A DNA stretch of 64,000 nucleotides from Lingula anatina (GCA_051362555.1 CM120640.1:21576001-21640000); one strand, 5' to 3'; positions 14,083 through 30,300 are shown, counted from the stretch's first letter. Numbers and translations: made by a program. The notes: a model not told the origin generated them from the sequence alone.

Positions 14083-17000
14083 ATGGACTTCACTCTTGGA
14101 TCCAAGCAAAGGTTAGTAAATTTCATTTCATGGGGTGGTGGGATGGGTAAATTGACAAAATCTAATCTTATTTTTCATTTCTTTTTACAGGACAAAGAAG
14201 ATGATGAGCGACTCCAGCCCGACATGGACTTCACTCTTGGATCTAAGCTAAGGTTAGTAAATTTCATTTTTTAGGGTGGTGGGATGGGTAAATTGAAAAG
14301 ATCTAATCTCTTTTTTCATTTCTTTTTACAGGACAAAGAAGATGATGAGGGAACCCCACCCGGACATGGACTTCACTGTTGGATTCAAGCAAAGGTTAGT
14401 AAATTTCATTTTTTTGGGGGGTGGTGGGATGGGTAAATTGAAAATATATCTAATCTCATTTTTCATTTCTTTTTACAGGACAAAGAAGATGATGAGCGAC
14501 CCCAGCCGGACATGGGCTTCAATCTTGGATCCAAGCTAAGGTTAGTAAATTTCATTGTTTTAGGGTGGTAGGATGGGTAAATTGAAACGAAATCTAATCT
14601 CGTTTTTCATTTCTTTTTACAGGACAAAGAAGATGATGAGCGACCCCAGCCTGACATGGACTTCACTCTTGGATCAAAGCTAAGGTTAGTAAATTTCATT
14701 TTTTTAGGGTGGTGGGATGGGTAAATTGAAAAAATCTAATCTAATATTTAATTTCTTTTTACAGGACAAAGAAGATGAACGACCCCACCCAGACATGGAC
14801 TTCACACTTCCATCCAAGCAAAGGTTAGTAAATTTCATTTTTTTGGGGTGGTGGGATGGGTAAATTGAAAAGATCTAATCTCGTTTTTCATTTCTTTTTA
14901 CAGGACAAAGAAGATGATGAGCGACCCCACCCGGACATGGACTTCACTGTTGGATTCAAGCAAAGGTTAGTAAATTTCATTTTTTTTTGGGGTGGTGGGA
15001 TGGGTTAATTGAAAATAAATCTTATCTCGTTTTTCATTTCTTTTTACAGGACAAAGAAGATGATGAGTGACCCCACCCTGACATGGACTTCACTCTTGGA
15101 TCTAAGCTAAGGTTAGTAAATTTCATTTTTTAGAGTGGTGGGATGGGTAAATTGAAAAAATCTGATCGCGTTTTTAATTTTTTTTACAGGACAAAGAAGA
15201 TGAGCGACCCCACCCAGACATGGACTTCACTCTTGGATCCAAGCAAAGGTTAGTAAATTTAATTTTTTTGGGGTGGTGGGATGGGTAAATTGAAAAAATC
15301 TTATTTCATTTTTTATTTCTTTTTACAGGACCAAGAAGATAATGAGCAATCCCAGTCGGACATGGACTTCACTCTTGGATACAAGCAAAGGTTAGTAAAT
15401 TTCACATTTTTTAGGGTGGTGGGATGGGTAAATTGTTAAAATCTAATCTGGTTTTTCATTTCTGTTTACAGGACAAAGAAGATGATGAGCGACCCCACCC
15501 AGACATGGACTTTACTCTTGGATCCAAGCAAAAGTAAGTAAATTTCATTTTATGGGGTGGTGTGATGGGTAAATTGACAAAATTTAATCTCATTTTTCAT
15601 TTCTTTTTACAGGACAAAGAAGATGATGAGCGACCGCACTCGGACATGGACTTCACTTTTGGATCCAAGCTAAGGTTAGTAAATTTCATTTTTTTAGTGT
15701 GGTAGGATGGGTAAATTGAAACAATCTAATCTGGTTTTTCATTTCTTTTTACAGGACCAAGAAGATGATGAGCGACCCCAGCCGGACATGGACTTCACTC
15801 TTGGATCCAAGCAAAGGTAAGTGAATTTCATTCTTTTAGGGTTGTGGGTTGGGTAAATAGGAAAAATCTAATGTCGTTTTTAATTTCTTTTTACAGGACA
15901 AAGAAGTTGATGAGCGACCCTAGCCTGACATGGACTTCACTCTTGGATCCAAGCTAAGGTTAGTAAATTTCATTTTTTTAGAGTGGTGGGTTGGGTAAAT
16001 AGGAAAAATCTAATGTCGTTTTTAATTTCTTTTTACAGGACAAAGAAGATGATGAGCGACCCCACCCAGACATGGACTTCATTCTTGGATCCAATTTAAG
16101 GTTAGTAAATTTAATTTTTTGGGTTGGTGGGATAAGTAAATTGTAAAAATCTAATCTCGTTTTTCATTTCTTTTTACAGGACCAAGAAGATGATGAGCGA
16201 CCCCAGTCGGACATGGACTTCACTCTTGGATCCAAGCAAAGGTTAGTAAATTTCATTTTATGGGGTGGTGGGATGGGTAAAATGACAAAATCTAATCTCA
16301 TTTTTCATTTCTTTTTAAAGGACAAAGAAGATGATGAGCGACTCCAGCCGGACATGGACTTCACTCTTGGATCCAAGCTAAGGTTAGTAAATTTCATGTT
16401 TTTCAGGGTGGTGGGATGGGTAAATTGAAAAAATCTAATCTGGTTTTTCATTTCTTTTTACAGGACAAAGAAGATGATGAGCGACCCTACCCGGACATGG
16501 ACTTCACTGTTCGATTCAAGCAAAGGTTAGTAAATTTCATTTTTTTGGGTGGTGGGATGGGTAAATTGAAACAATCTAATCTGGTTTTTCATTTCTTTTT
16601 ACACGACCAAGAAGATGATGAGTGACCCCTGCCGGACATGGACTTTACTCTTGGATCCAATCTAAGGTTAGTAAATTTCATTTTTTGGGTTGGTGGGATA
16701 AGTAAATTGTAAAAATCTAATCACGTTTTTCATTTCTTTTTACAAGACAAAGAAGATGATGAGCTACCCCAGCCGGACATGGACTTCCCTCTTGGATCCA
16801 AGCAAAGGTTAGTAAATTTCATTTTATGGGGTGGTGGGATGGGTAAATTGACAAAATCTAATCTAATTTTTCATTTCTTTTTACAGGACCAAGAAGATGA
16901 TGAGTGACCCCTCCCAGACATGGACTTCACTCTTGGATCCAAGCTAAGGTTAGTATATTTCATTTTTTTGAAATAGTGGGAAGGGTAAATTGAAAAAATC

Positions 17001-20000
17001 TAATCTCGTTTTTCATTTCTTTTTAGAGGACAAAGAAGAAGAGCGACCCCATCCAGACATGGACTTCACTCTTGGATCCAATCTAAGGTTAGTAAATTTC
17101 ATTTTTTGGGTTGGTGGGATAAGTAAATTGTAAAAATCCAATCTCATTTTTCATTTCTTTTTACAGGACCAAGAAGATGATGAGCGACCCCAGCCGGACA
17201 TGGACTTCACTCTTGGATCCAAGCAAAGGTAAGTGAATTTCATTCTTTTAGGGTTGTGGGTTGGGTAAATAGGAAAAATCTAATGTCGTTTTTAATTTCT
17301 TTTTACAGGACAAAGAAGATGATGAGCGACCCTAGCCTGACATGGACTTCACTCTTGGATCCAAGCTAAGGTTAGTAAATTTCATTTTTTTAGAGTGGTG
17401 GGTTGGGTAAAGAGGAAAAATCTAATGTCGTTTTTAATTTCTTTTTACAGGACAAAGAAGATGAACGACCCCACCCAGACATGGACTTCACACTTCCATC
17501 CAAGCAAAGGTTAGTAAATTTCATTTTTTTAGGGTGGTGGGTTGGGTAAATTGAAACAATCTAATCTGGTTTTACATTTCTTTTTACAGGACCAAGAAGA
17601 TGATGAGCGACCCCAGCCGGACATGGACTTCACTCTTGGATCCAAGCAAAGGTAAGTAAATTTCATTTTTTTAGGGTGGTGGGTTGGGTAAATTGAAACA
17701 ATCTAATGTGGTTTTACATTTCTTTTTACAGGACCAAGAAGATGATGAGCGACCCCAGCCGGACATGGACTTCACTCTTGGATCCAAGCAAAGGTTAGTA
17801 AATTTCATTTCATGGGGTGGTGGGATGGGTAAATTGACAAAATCTAATCTTATTTTTCATTTCTTTTTACAGGACAAAGAAGATGATAAGCGACTCCAGC
17901 CCGACATGGACTTCACTCTTGGATCCAAGCAAAGGTTAGTAAATTTCATTTTTTCAGGGTGGTGGGATGGGAAAATTGAAAAAATCTAATCTGGTTTTTC
18001 ATTTCTCTTTACAGGACCAAGAAGATGATGAGCAACCCCAGCCGGACATGGACTTCACTCTTGGATCCAATCTAAGGTTAGTAAATTTCATTTTTTGGGT
18101 TGGTGGGATAAGTACATTATAAAAATCTAATCTCGTTTTTCATTTCTTTTTACAGGACAAAGAAGATGATGAGCGACCCCACCCGGACATGGACTTCACT
18201 GTTGGATTCAAGCAAAGGTTAGTAAATTTCATTTTTTTAGGGTGGTGGGTTGGGTAAATTGAAACAATCTAATCTGGTTTTACATTTCTTTTTACAGGAC
18301 CAAGAAGATGATAAGCGACCCCAGTCGAACATGGACTTCACACTTCCATCCAAGCAAAGGTTAGTAAATTTCATTTTTTTAGGGTGGTGGGTTGGGTAAA
18401 TTGAAACAATCTAATCTGGTTTTACATTTCTTTTTACAGGACCAAGAAGATGATAAGCGACCCCAGCCGGACATGGACTTCACTCTTGGATCCAAGCAAA
18501 GGTAAGTAAATTTCATTTTTTTAGAGTGGTGGGTTGGGTATATAGGAAAAATCTAATGTCGTTTTTAATTTCTTTTTACAGGACAAAGAAGATGATGAGC
18601 GACCCCACCCAGACATGGACTTCACTCTTGGATTCAAGCAAAGGTTAGTAAATTTCATTTCATGGGGTGGTGGGATGGGTAAATTGACAAAATCTAATCT
18701 TATTTTTCATTTCTTTTTACAGGACAAAGAAGATGATGAGCGACTCCAGCCCGACATGGACTTCACTCTTGGATCTAAGCTAAGGTTAGTAAATTTCATT
18801 TTTTAGGGTGGTGGGATGGGTAAATTGAAAAGATCTAATCTCTTTTTTCATTTCTTTTTACAGGACAAAGAAGATGATGAGCAAACCCCACCCGGACATG
18901 GACTTCACTGTTGGATTCAAGCAAAGGTTAGTAAATTTCATTTTTTTGGGGGGTGGTGGGATGGGTAAATTGAAAATATATCTAATCTCATTTTTCATTT
19001 CTTTTTACAGGACAAAGAAGATGATGAGCGACCCCAGCCGGACATGGGCTTCAATCTTGGATCCAAGCTAAGGTTAGTAAATTTCATTGTTTTAGGGTGG
19101 TAGGATGGGTAAATTGAAACGAAATCTAATCTCGTTTTTCATTTCTTTTTACAGGACAAAGAAGATGATGAGCGACCCCAGCCTGACATGGACTTCACTC
19201 TTGGATCAAAGCTAAGGTTAGTAAATTTCATTTTTTTAGGGTGGTGGGATGGGTAAATTGAAAAAATCTAATCTAATTTTTAATTTCTTTTTACAGGACA
19301 AAGAAGATGAATGACCCCACCCAGACATGGACTTCACACTTCCATCCAAGCAAAGGTTAGTAAATTTCATTTTTTTGGGGTGGTGGGATGGGTAAATTGA
19401 AAAGATCTAATCTCGTTTTTCATTTCTTTTTACAGGACAAAGAAGATGATGAGCGACCCCACCCGGACATGGACTTCACTGTTGGATTCAAGCAAAGGTT
19501 AGTAAATTTCATTTTTTTTTGGGTGGTGGGATGGGTTAATTGAAAATAAATCTTATCTCGTTTTTCATTTCTTTTTACAGGACAAAGAAGATGATGAGTG
19601 ACCCCACCCTGACATGGACTTCACTCTTGGATCTAAGCTAAGGTTAGTAAATTCCATTTTTTAGAGTGGTGGGATGGGTAAATTGAAAAAATCTGATCGC
19701 GTTTTTAATTTTTTTTACAGGACAAAGAAGATGAGCGACCCCACCCAGACATGGACTTCACTCTTGGATCCAAGCAAAGGTTAGTAAATTTAATTTTTTT
19801 GGGGTGGTGGGATGGGTAAATTGAAAAAATCTTATTTCATTTTTTATTTCTTTTTACAGGACCAAGAAGATAATGAGCAATCCCAGTCGGACATGGACTT
19901 CACTCTTGGATACAAGCAAAGGTTAGTAAATTTCACATTTTTTAGGGTGGTGGGATGGGTAAATTGTTAAAATCTAATCTGGTTTTTCATTTCTGTTTAC

Positions 20001-23000
20001 AGGACAAAGAAGATGATGAGCGACCCCACCCAGACATGGACTTTACTCTTGGATCCAAGCAAAAGTAAGTAAATTTCATTTTATGGGGTGGTGTGATGGG
20101 TAAATTGACAAAATTTAATCTCATTTTTCATTTCTTTTTACAGGACAAAGAAGATGATGAGCGACCCCACTCGGACATGGACTTCACTTTTGGATCCAAG
20201 CTAAGGTTAGTAAATTTCATTTTTTTAGTGTGGTAGGATGGGTAAATTGAAACAATCTAATCTGGTTTTTCATTTCTTTTTACAGGACCAAGAAGATGAT
20301 GAGCGACCCCAGCCGGACATGGACTTCACTCTTGGATCCAAGCAAAGGTAAGTGAATTTCATTCTTTTAGGGTTGTGGGTTGGGTAAATAGGAAAAATCT
20401 AATGTCGTTTTTAATTTCTTTTTACAGGACAAAGAAGTTGATGAGCGACCCTAGCCTGACATGGACTTCACTCTTGGATCCAAGCTAAGGTTAGTAAATT
20501 TCATTTTTTTAGAGTGGTGGGTTGGGTAAATAGGAAAAATCTAATGTCGTTTTTAATTTCTTTTTACAGGACAAAGAAGATGATGAGCGACCCCACCCAG
20601 ACATGGACTTCATTCTTGGATCCAATTTAAGGTTAGTAAATTTAATTTTTTGGGTTGGTGGGATAAGTAAATTGTAAAAATCTAATCTCGTTTTTCATTT
20701 CTTTTTACAGGACCAAGAAGATGATGAGCGACCCCAGTCAGACATGGACTTCACTCTTGGATCCAAGCAAAGGTTAGTAAATTTCATTTTATGGGGTGGT
20801 GGGATGGGTAAAATGACAAAATCTAATCTCATTTTTCATTTCTTTTTACAGGACAAAGAAGATGATGAGCGACTCCAGCCGGACATGGACTTCACTCTTG
20901 GATCCAAGCTAAGGTTAGTAAATTTCATGTTTTTCAGGGTGGTGGGATGGGTAAATTGAAAAAATCTAATCTGGTTTTTCATTTCTTTTTACAGGACAAA
21001 GAAGATGATGAGCGACCCTACCCGGACATGGACTTCACTGTTCGATTCAAGCAAAGGTTAGTAAATTTCATTTTTTTGGGTGGTGGGATGGGTAAATTGA
21101 AACAATCTAATCTGGTTTTTCATTTCTTTTTACACGACCAAGAAGATGATGAGTGACCCCAACCGGACATGGACTTTACTCTTGGATCCAATCTAAGGTT
21201 AGTAAATTTCATTTTTTGGGTTGGTGGGATAAGTAAATTGTAAAAATCTAATCACGTTTTTCATTTCTTTTTACAAGACAAAGAAGATGATGAGCTACCC
21301 CAGCCGGACATGGACTTCCCTCTTGGATCCAAGCAAAGGTTAGTAAATTTCATTTTATGGGGTGGTGGGATGGGTAAATTGACAAAATCTAATCTAATTT
21401 TTCATTTCTTTTTACAGGACCAAGAAGATGATGAGTGACCCCTCCCAGACATGGACTTCACTCTTGGATCCAAGCTAAGGTTAGTATATTTCATTTTTTT
21501 GAAATAGTGGGAAGGGTAAATTGAAAAAATCTAATCTCGTTTTTCATTTCTTTTTAGAGGACAAAGAAGAAGAGCGACCCCATCCAGACATGGACTTCAC
21601 TCTTGGATCCAATCTAAGGTTAGTAAATTTCATTTTTTGGGTTGGTGGGATAAGTAAATTGTAAAAATCCAATCTCATTTTTCATTTCTTTTTACAGGAC
21701 CAAGAAGATGATGAGCGACCCCAGCTGGACATGGACTTCACTCTTGGATCCAAGCAAAGGTAAGTGAATTTCATTCTTTTAGGGTTGTGGGTTGGGTAAA
21801 TAGGAAAAATCTAATGTCGTTTTTAATTTCTTTTTACAGGACAAAGAAGATGATGAGCGACCCTAGCCTGACATGGACTTCACTCTTGGATCCAAGCTAA
21901 GGTTAGTAAATTTCATTTTTTTAGAGTGGTGGGTTGGGTAAATAGGAAAAATCTAATGTCGTTTTTAATTTCTTTTTACAGGACAAAGAAGATGAACGAC
22001 CCCACCCAGACATGGACTTCACACTTCCATCCAAGCAAAGGTTAGTAAATTTCATTTTTTTAGGGTGGTGGGTTGGGTAAATTGAAACAATCTAATCTGG
22101 TTTTACATTTCTTTTTACAGGACCAAGAAGATGATGAGCGACCCCAGCCGGACATGGACTTCACTCTTGGATCCAAGCAAAGGTAAGTAAATTTCATTTT
22201 TTTAGAGTGGTGGGTTGGATATATAGGAAAAATCTAATGTCGTTTTTAATTTCTTTTTACAGGACAAAGAAGATGATGAGCGACCCCACCCAGACATGGA
22301 CTTCACTCTTGGATCCAAGCAAAGGTTAGTAAATTTCATTTCATGGGGTGGTGGGATGGGTAAATTGACAAAATCTAATCTTATTTTTCATTTCTTTTTA
22401 CAGGACAAAGAAGATGATGAGCGACTCCAGCCCGACATGGACTTCACTCTTGGATCCAAGCAAAGGTTAGTAAATTTCATTTTTTCAGGGTGGTGGGATG
22501 GGAAAATTGAAAAAATCTAATCTGGTTTTTCATTTCTCTTTACAGGACCAAGAAGATGATGAGCAACCCCAGCCGGACATGGACTTCACTCTTGGATCCA
22601 ATCTAAGGTTAGTAAATTTCATTTTTTGGGTTGGTGGGAAAAGTAAATTGTAAAAATCTAATCACGTTTTTCTTTCTTTTTACAGGACAAAAAAGATGAT
22701 GAGGGACCCCACCCGGACATGGACTTCACTCTTGGATCCAATCTAAGGTAAGTAAATTTCATTTTTTGGGTTGGTGGGATAAGTACATTATAAAAATCTA
22801 ATCTCGTTTTTCATTTCTTTTTACAGGACAAAGAAGATGATGAGCGACCCCAGTCGAACATGGACTTCACACTTCCATCCAAGCAAAGGTTAGTAAATTT
22901 CATTTTTTTAGGGTGGTGGGTTGGGTAAATTGAAACAATCTAATCTGGTTTTACATTTCTTTTTACAGGACCAAGAAGATGATAAGCGACCCCAGCCGGA

Positions 23001-24350
23001 CATGGACTTCACTCTTGGATCCAAGCAAAGGTAAGTAAATTTCATTTTTTTAGAGTGGTGGGTTGGATATATAGGAAAAATCTAATGTCGTTTTTAATTT
23101 CTTTTTACAGGACAAAGAAGATGATGAGCGACCCCACCCAGACATGGACTTCACTCTTGGATCCAAGCAAAGGTTAGTAAATTTCATTTCATGGGGTGGT
23201 GGGATGGGTAAATTGACAAAATCTAATCTTATTTTTCATTTCTTTTTACAGGACAAAGAAGATGATGAGCGACTCCAGCCCGACATGGACTTCACTCTTG
23301 GATCTAAGCTAAGGTTAGTAAATTTCATTTTTTAGGGTGGTGGGATGGGTAAATTGAAAAGATCTAATCTCTTTTTTCATTTCTTTTTACAGGACAAAGA
23401 AGATGATGAGCGAACCCCACCCGAACATGGACTTCACTGTTGGATTCAAGCAAAGGTTAGTAAATTTCATTTTTTTGGGGGGTGGTGGGATGGGTAAATT
23501 GAAAATATATCTAATCTCATTTTTCATTTCTTTTTACAGGACAAAGAAGATGATGAGCGACCCCAGCCGGACATGGGCTTCAATCTTGGATCCAAGCTAA
23601 GGTTAGTAAATTTCATTGTGTTAGGGTGGTAGGATGGCTAAATTGAAACGAAATCTAATCTCGTTTTTCATTTCTTTTTACAGGACAAAGAAGATGATGA
23701 GCGACCCCAGCCTGACATGGACTTCACTCTTGGATCAAAGCTAAGGTTAGTAAATTTCATTTTTTTAGGGTGGTGGGATGGGTAAATTGAAAAAATCTAA
23801 TCTAATTTTTAATTTCTTTTTACAGGACAAAGAAGATGAACGACCCCACCCAAACATGGACTTCACACTTCCATCCAAGCAAAGGTTAGTAAATTTCATT
23901 TTTTTGGGGTGGTGGGATGGGTAAATTGAAAAGATCTAATCTCGTTTTTCATTTCTTTTTACAGGACAAAGAAGATGATGAGCGACCCCACCCGGACATG
24001 GACTTCACTGTTGGATTCAAGCAAAGGTTAGTAAATTTCATTTTTTTTTGGGTGGTGGGATGGGTTAATTGAAAATAAATCTTATCTCGTTTTTCATTTC
24101 TTTTTACAGGACAAAGAAGATGATGAGTGACCCCACCCTGACATGGACTTCACTCTTGGATCTAAGCTAAGGTTAGTAAATTTCATTTTTTAGAGAGGTG
24201 GGATGGGTAAATTGAAAAAATCTGATCGCGTTTTTAATTTTTTTTACAGGACAAAGAAGATGAGCGACCCCACCCAGACATGGACTTCACTCTTGGATCC
24301 AAGCAAAGGTTAGTAAATTTAATTTTTTTGGGGTGGTGGGATGGGTAAAT
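14083..24350 (+). repeat. Higher-order repeat, ~32 monomers (~4.53 kb) x ~2.3
   Basis: Matching variant ORFs at 14083/18615/23144, 14342/18874/23403, 16213/20744 and 16416/20947 (offsets 4529-4532). Confidence 0.85.
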
Positions 24351-27300
24351 TGAAAAGATCTAATTTCATTTTCCATTTCTTTTTACAGGACCAAGAAGAT
24401 GATGAGCAACCCCAGCCGGACATGGACTTCACTTTTGGATCCAAGCTAAGGTTAGTAAATTTCATGTTTTTCAGGGTGGTGGGATGGGTAAATTGACAAA
24501 ATTTAATCTTGTTTTTCATTTCTTTTTACAGGACAAAGAAGATGATGAGTGACCCCACCCGGACATGGACTTCACTGTTGGATTCAAGCAAAGGTTAGTA
24601 AATTTCATTTTTTTTTGGGTGGTGGGATGGGTAAATTGAAAATAAATCTAATCTCATTTTTCATTTCTTTTTACAGGACAAAGAAGATGATGAGCGACCC
24701 CAGCCGGACATGGAGTTCAATCTTGGATCCAAGCAAAGGTTAGTAAATTTCATTTTTTTGGGGTGGTGGGATGGGTAAATTGAAAAGATCTTATTTCATT
24801 TTTCATGTCTTTTTACAGGACCAACAAGATGATGAGCGACCCCAGCCAGACATGGACTTCACTCTTGGATCCAAGCAAAGGTAAGTGAATTTCATTTTTT
24901 TAGGGTTGTGGGTTGGGTAAATAGGAAAAATCTAATGTCGTTTTTAATTTCTTTTTACAGGACAAAGAAGATGATGAGCGACCCCACCCAGACATAGACT
25001 TCACTGTTGGATTCAAGCAAAGGTTAGTAAATTTCATTTTTTTTTTTGGGTGGTGGGATGGGTAAATTGAAAATAAATCTAATCTTATTTTTCATTTCTT
25101 TTTACAGGACAAAGAAGATGATGAGCGACCCCAGCCGGACATGGACTTCAATCTTGGATCCAAGCTAAGGTTAGTAAATTTCATTTTTTTAGGGTGGTAG
25201 GATGGGTAAATTGAAACGAAATCTAATCTCGTTTTTCATTTCTTTTTACAGGACCAAGAAGATGATGAGTGACCCCAGCTGGACATGGACTTCACTCTTG
25301 GATCCAAGCAAAGGTTAGTAAATTTCATTTTATGGAGTGGTGGGATGGGTACATTGACAAAATCTAATCTTGTTTTTCATTTCTTTTTACAGGACAAAGA
25401 AGATGATGAGCGACCCCAGCCAGACATGGACTTCACTCTTGGATCCAAGCAAAGGTTAGTAAATTTCATTTTTTGGGTTAGTGGGATAAGTAAATTGTAA
25501 AAATCTAATCTCATTTTTCATTTCTTTTTACAGGACAAAGAAGATGATGAGCGACCCCAGCTAGACATGGACTTCACTCTTGGATCCAATCTAAGGTAAG
25601 TAAATTTTATTTTTTGGGTTGGTGGGATGGGTAAATTGAAAATAAATCTAATCTCATTTTTCATTTCTTTTTACAGGACAAAGAAGATGAGCGACCCCAG
25701 CCGGACATGGAGTTCAATCTTGGATCCAAGCAAAGGTTAGTAAATTTCATTTTTTTGGGGTGGTGGGATGGGTAAATTGAAAAGATCTAATTTCATTTTT
25801 CATTTCTTTTTACAGGACCAAGAAGATGATGAGCGATCCCAGCCAGACATGGACTTCACTCTTGGATCCAAGCAAAGGTTAGTAAATTTCATTTTTTTAG
25901 AGTGGTGGGTTGGGTAAATAGGAAAAATCTAATGTCGTTTTTAATTTCTTTTTATAGGACAAAGAAGATGATGAGTGACCCCACCCAGACATGGACTTCA
26001 CTCTTGGATCCAATTTTAAGGTTAGTAAATTTCATTTTTTGGGTTGGTGGGATAAGTAAATTGTAAAAATCTAATCATGTTTTTCATTTCTTTTTACAGG
26101 ACAAAGAAGATGATGAGCGACACCAGCTAGACATGGACTTCACTCTTGGATCCAATCTAAGGTAAGTAAATTTTATTTTTTGGGTTGGTGGGATAAGTAA
26201 ATTGTAAAAATCTAATCTCCTTTTTCTTTCTTTTTACAGGACAAAAAAGATGATGAGCGACCCCACCCGGACATGGACTTCACTCTTGGATTCAAGCAAA
26301 GGTTAGTAAATTTCATTTTTTTAGGGTGGTGGGATGGGTAAATTGAAAAAATCTTATCTGGTTTTTCATTTCTTTTTACAGGACAAAGTAGATGATGAGC
26401 GACCCCACCCAGACATAGACTTCACTCTTGGATCCAAGCTAAGGTTAGTAAATTTCATTTTTTTGGGATAGTGGGAAGGGTAAATTGAAAAAAATCTAAT
26501 CTCGTTTTTCATTTCTTTTTACAGGACAAAGAAGATAAGCGACCCCACCTATATATGGACTTCACTCTTGGATCCAAGCTAAGGTTAGTAAATTTCATTT
26601 TTTTAGTGTGGTAGGATGGGTAAATTGAAACAATCTAATCTGGTTTTTCATTTCTTTTTACAGGACAAAGAAGATAAGCGACCCCACCTAGACATGGACT
26701 TCACTCTTGGATCCAAGCAAAGGTTAGTAAATTTCATTTTTTGGGGGTGCTGAGATGGGTAAATTGAAAAAATCTTATTTCATTTTTTATTTCTTTTTAC
26801 AGGACCAAGAAGATAATGAGCAATCCCAGTCGGACATGGACTTCACTCTTGGATACAAGCAAAGGTTAGTAAATTTCACATTTTTTAGGGTGGTGGGATG
26901 GGTAAATTGTTAAAATCTAATCTGGTTTTTCATTTCTGTTTACAGGACAAAGAAGATGATGAGCGACCCCACCCAGACATGGACTTTACTCTTGGATCCA
27001 AGCAAAAGTAAGTAAATTTCATTTTATGGGGTGGTGTGATGGGTAAATTGACAAAATTTAATCTCATTTTTCATTTCTTTTTACAGGACAAAGAAGATGA
27101 TGAGCGACCCCACTCGGACATGGACTTCACTTTTGGATCCAAGCTAAGGTTAGTAAATTTCATTTTTTTAGTGTGGTAGGATGGGTAAATTGAAACAATC
27201 TAATCTGGTTTTTCATTTCTTTTTACAGGACCAAGAAGATGATGAGCGACCCCAGCCGGACATGGACTTCACTCTTGGATCCAAGCAAAGGTAAGTGAAT

Positions 27301-30300
27301 TTCATTCTTTTAGGGTTGTGGGTTGGGTAAATAGGAAAAATCTAATGTCGTTTTTAATTTCTTTTTACAGGACAAAGAAGTTGATGAGCGACCCTAGCCT
27401 GACATGGACTTCATTCTTGGATCCAATTTAAGGTTAGTAAATTTAATTTTTTGGGTTGGTGGGATAAGTAAATTGTAAAAATCTAATCTCGTTTTTCATT
27501 TCTTTTTACAGGACCAAGAAGATGATGAGCGACCCCAGTCGGACATGGACTTCACTCTTGGATACAAGCAAAGGTTAGTAAATTTCATTTTATGGGGTGG
27601 TGGGATGGGTAAAATGACAAAATCTAATCTCATTTTTCATTTCTTTTTACAGGACAAAGAAGATGATGAGCGACTCCAGCCGGACATGGACTTCACTCTT
27701 GGATCCAAGCTAAGGTTAGTAAATTTCATGTTTTTCAGGGTGGTGGGATGGGTAAATTGAAAAAATCAAATCTGGTTTTTCATTTCTTTTTACACGACCA
27801 AGAAGATGATGAGCGACCCTACCCGGACATGGACTTCACTGTTCGATTCAAGCAAAGGTTAGTAAATTTCATTTTTTTGGGTGGTGGGATGGGTAAATTG
27901 AAACAATCTAATCTGGTTTTTCATTTCTTTTTACACGACCAAGAAGATGATGAGTGACCCCAGCCGGACATGGACTTTAATCTAAGGTTAGTAAATTTCA
28001 TTTTTTGGGTTGGTGGGATAAGTAAATTGTAAAAATGTAATCACGTTTTTCATTTCTTTTTACAAGACAAAGAAGATGATGAGCTACCCCAGCCGGACAT
28101 GGACTTCCCTCTTGGATCCAAGCAAAGGTTAGTAAATTTCATTTTATGCGGTGGTGGGATGGGTAAATTGACAAAATCTAATCTAATTTTTCATTTCTTT
28201 TTACAGGACCAAGAAGATGACGAGTGACCCCTCCCAGACATGGACTTCACTCTTGGATCCAAGCTAAGGTTAGTATATTTCATTTTTTTGAAATAGTGGG
28301 AAGGGTAAATTGAAAAAATCTAATCTCGTTTTTCATTTCTTTTTAGAGGACAAAGAAGAAGAGCGACCCCATCCAGACATGGACTTCACTCTTGGATCCA
28401 ATCTAAGGTTAGTAAATTTCATTTTTTGGGTTGGTGGGATAAGTAAATTGTAAAAATCCAACCTCATTTTTCATTTCTTTTTACAGGACCAAGAAGTTGA
28501 TGAGCGACCCTAGCCTGACATGGACTTCACTCTTGGATCCAAGCTAAGGTTAGTAAATTTCATTTTTTTAGAGTGGTGGGTTGGGTAAATAGGAAAAATC
28601 TAATGTCGTTTTTAATTTCTTTTTACAGGACAAAGAAGATGAACGACCCCACCCAGACATGGACTTCACACTTCGATCCAAGCAAAGGTTAGTAAATTTC
28701 ATTTTTTTAGGGTGGTGGGTTGGGTAAATTGAAACAATCTAATCTGGTTTTACATTTCTTTTTACAGGACCAAGAAGATGATGAGCGACCCCAGCCGGAC
28801 ATGGACTTCACTCTTGGATCCAAGCAAAGGTAAGTAAATTTCATTTTTTTAGAGTGGTGGGTTGGATATATAGGAAAAATCTAATGTCGTTTTTAATTTC
28901 TTTTTACAGGACAAAGAAGATGATGAGCGACCCCACCCAGACATGGACTTCACTCTTGGATCCAAGCAAAGGTTAGTAAATTTCATTTCATGGGGTGGTG
29001 GGATGGGTAAATTGACAAAATCTAATCTTATTTTTCATTTCTTTTTACAGGACAAAGAAGATGATGAGCGACTCCAGCCCGACATGGACTTCACTCTTGG
29101 ATCCAAGCAAAGGTTAGTAAATTTCATTTTTTCAGGGTGGTGGGATGGGAAAATTGAAAAAATCTAATCTGGTTTTTCATTTCTCTTTACAGGACCAAGA
29201 AGATGATGAGCGACCCCAGCCGGACATGGACTTCACTCTTGGATCCAATCTAAGGTTAGTAAATTTCATTTTTTGGGTTGGTGGGAAAAGTAAATTGTAA
29301 AAATCTAATCACGTTTTTCTTTCTTTTTACAGGACAAAAAAGATGATGAGGGACCCCAGCCGGACATGGACTTCACTCTTGGATCCAATCTAAGGTTAGT
29401 AAATTTCATTTTTTGGGTTGGTGGGATAAGTAAATTATAAAAATCTAATCTCGTTTTTCATTTCTTTTTACAGGACAAAGAAGATGATGAGCGACCCCAG
29501 TCGAACATGGACTTCACACTTCGATCCAAGCAAAGGTTAGTAAATTTCATTTTTTTAGGGTGGTGGGTTGGGTAAATTGAAACATTCTAATCTGGTTTTA
29601 CATTTCTTTTTACAGGACCAAGAAGATGATAAGCGACCCCAGCCGGACATGGACTTCACTCTTGGATCCAAGCAAAGGTTAGTAAATTTCATTTTTTCAG
29701 GGTGGTGGGATGGGTAAATTGACAAAATCTTATCTCGTTTTTCATTTCTTTTTACAGGACAAAGAAGATGAGCGACCCCACCTAGACATGGACTTCACTC
29801 TTGGATCCAAGCTAAGGTTATTAAATTTCATTTTTTTAGTGTGGTAGGATGGGTATATAGGAAAAATCTAATGTCGTTTTTAATTTCTTTTTACAGGACA
29901 AAGAAGATGATGAGCGACTCCAGCCCGACATGGACTTCACTCTTGGATCCAAGCAAAGGTTAGTAAATTTCATTTTTTCAGGGTGGTGGGATGGGAAAAT
30001 TGAAAAAATCTAATCTGGTTTTTCATTTCTCTTTACAGGACCAAGAAGATGATGAGCGACCCCAGCCGGACATGGACTTCACTCTTGGATCCAATCTAAG
30101 GTTAGTAAATTTCATTTTTTGGGTTGGTGGGAAAAGTAAATTGTAAAAATCTAATCACGTTTTTCTTTCTTTTTACAGGACAAAAAAGATGATGAGGGAC
30201 CCCAGCCGGACATGGACTTCACTCTTGGATCCAATCTAAGGTTAGTAAATTTCATTTTTTGGGTTGGTGGGATAAGTAAATTGTAAAAATCTAATCTCGT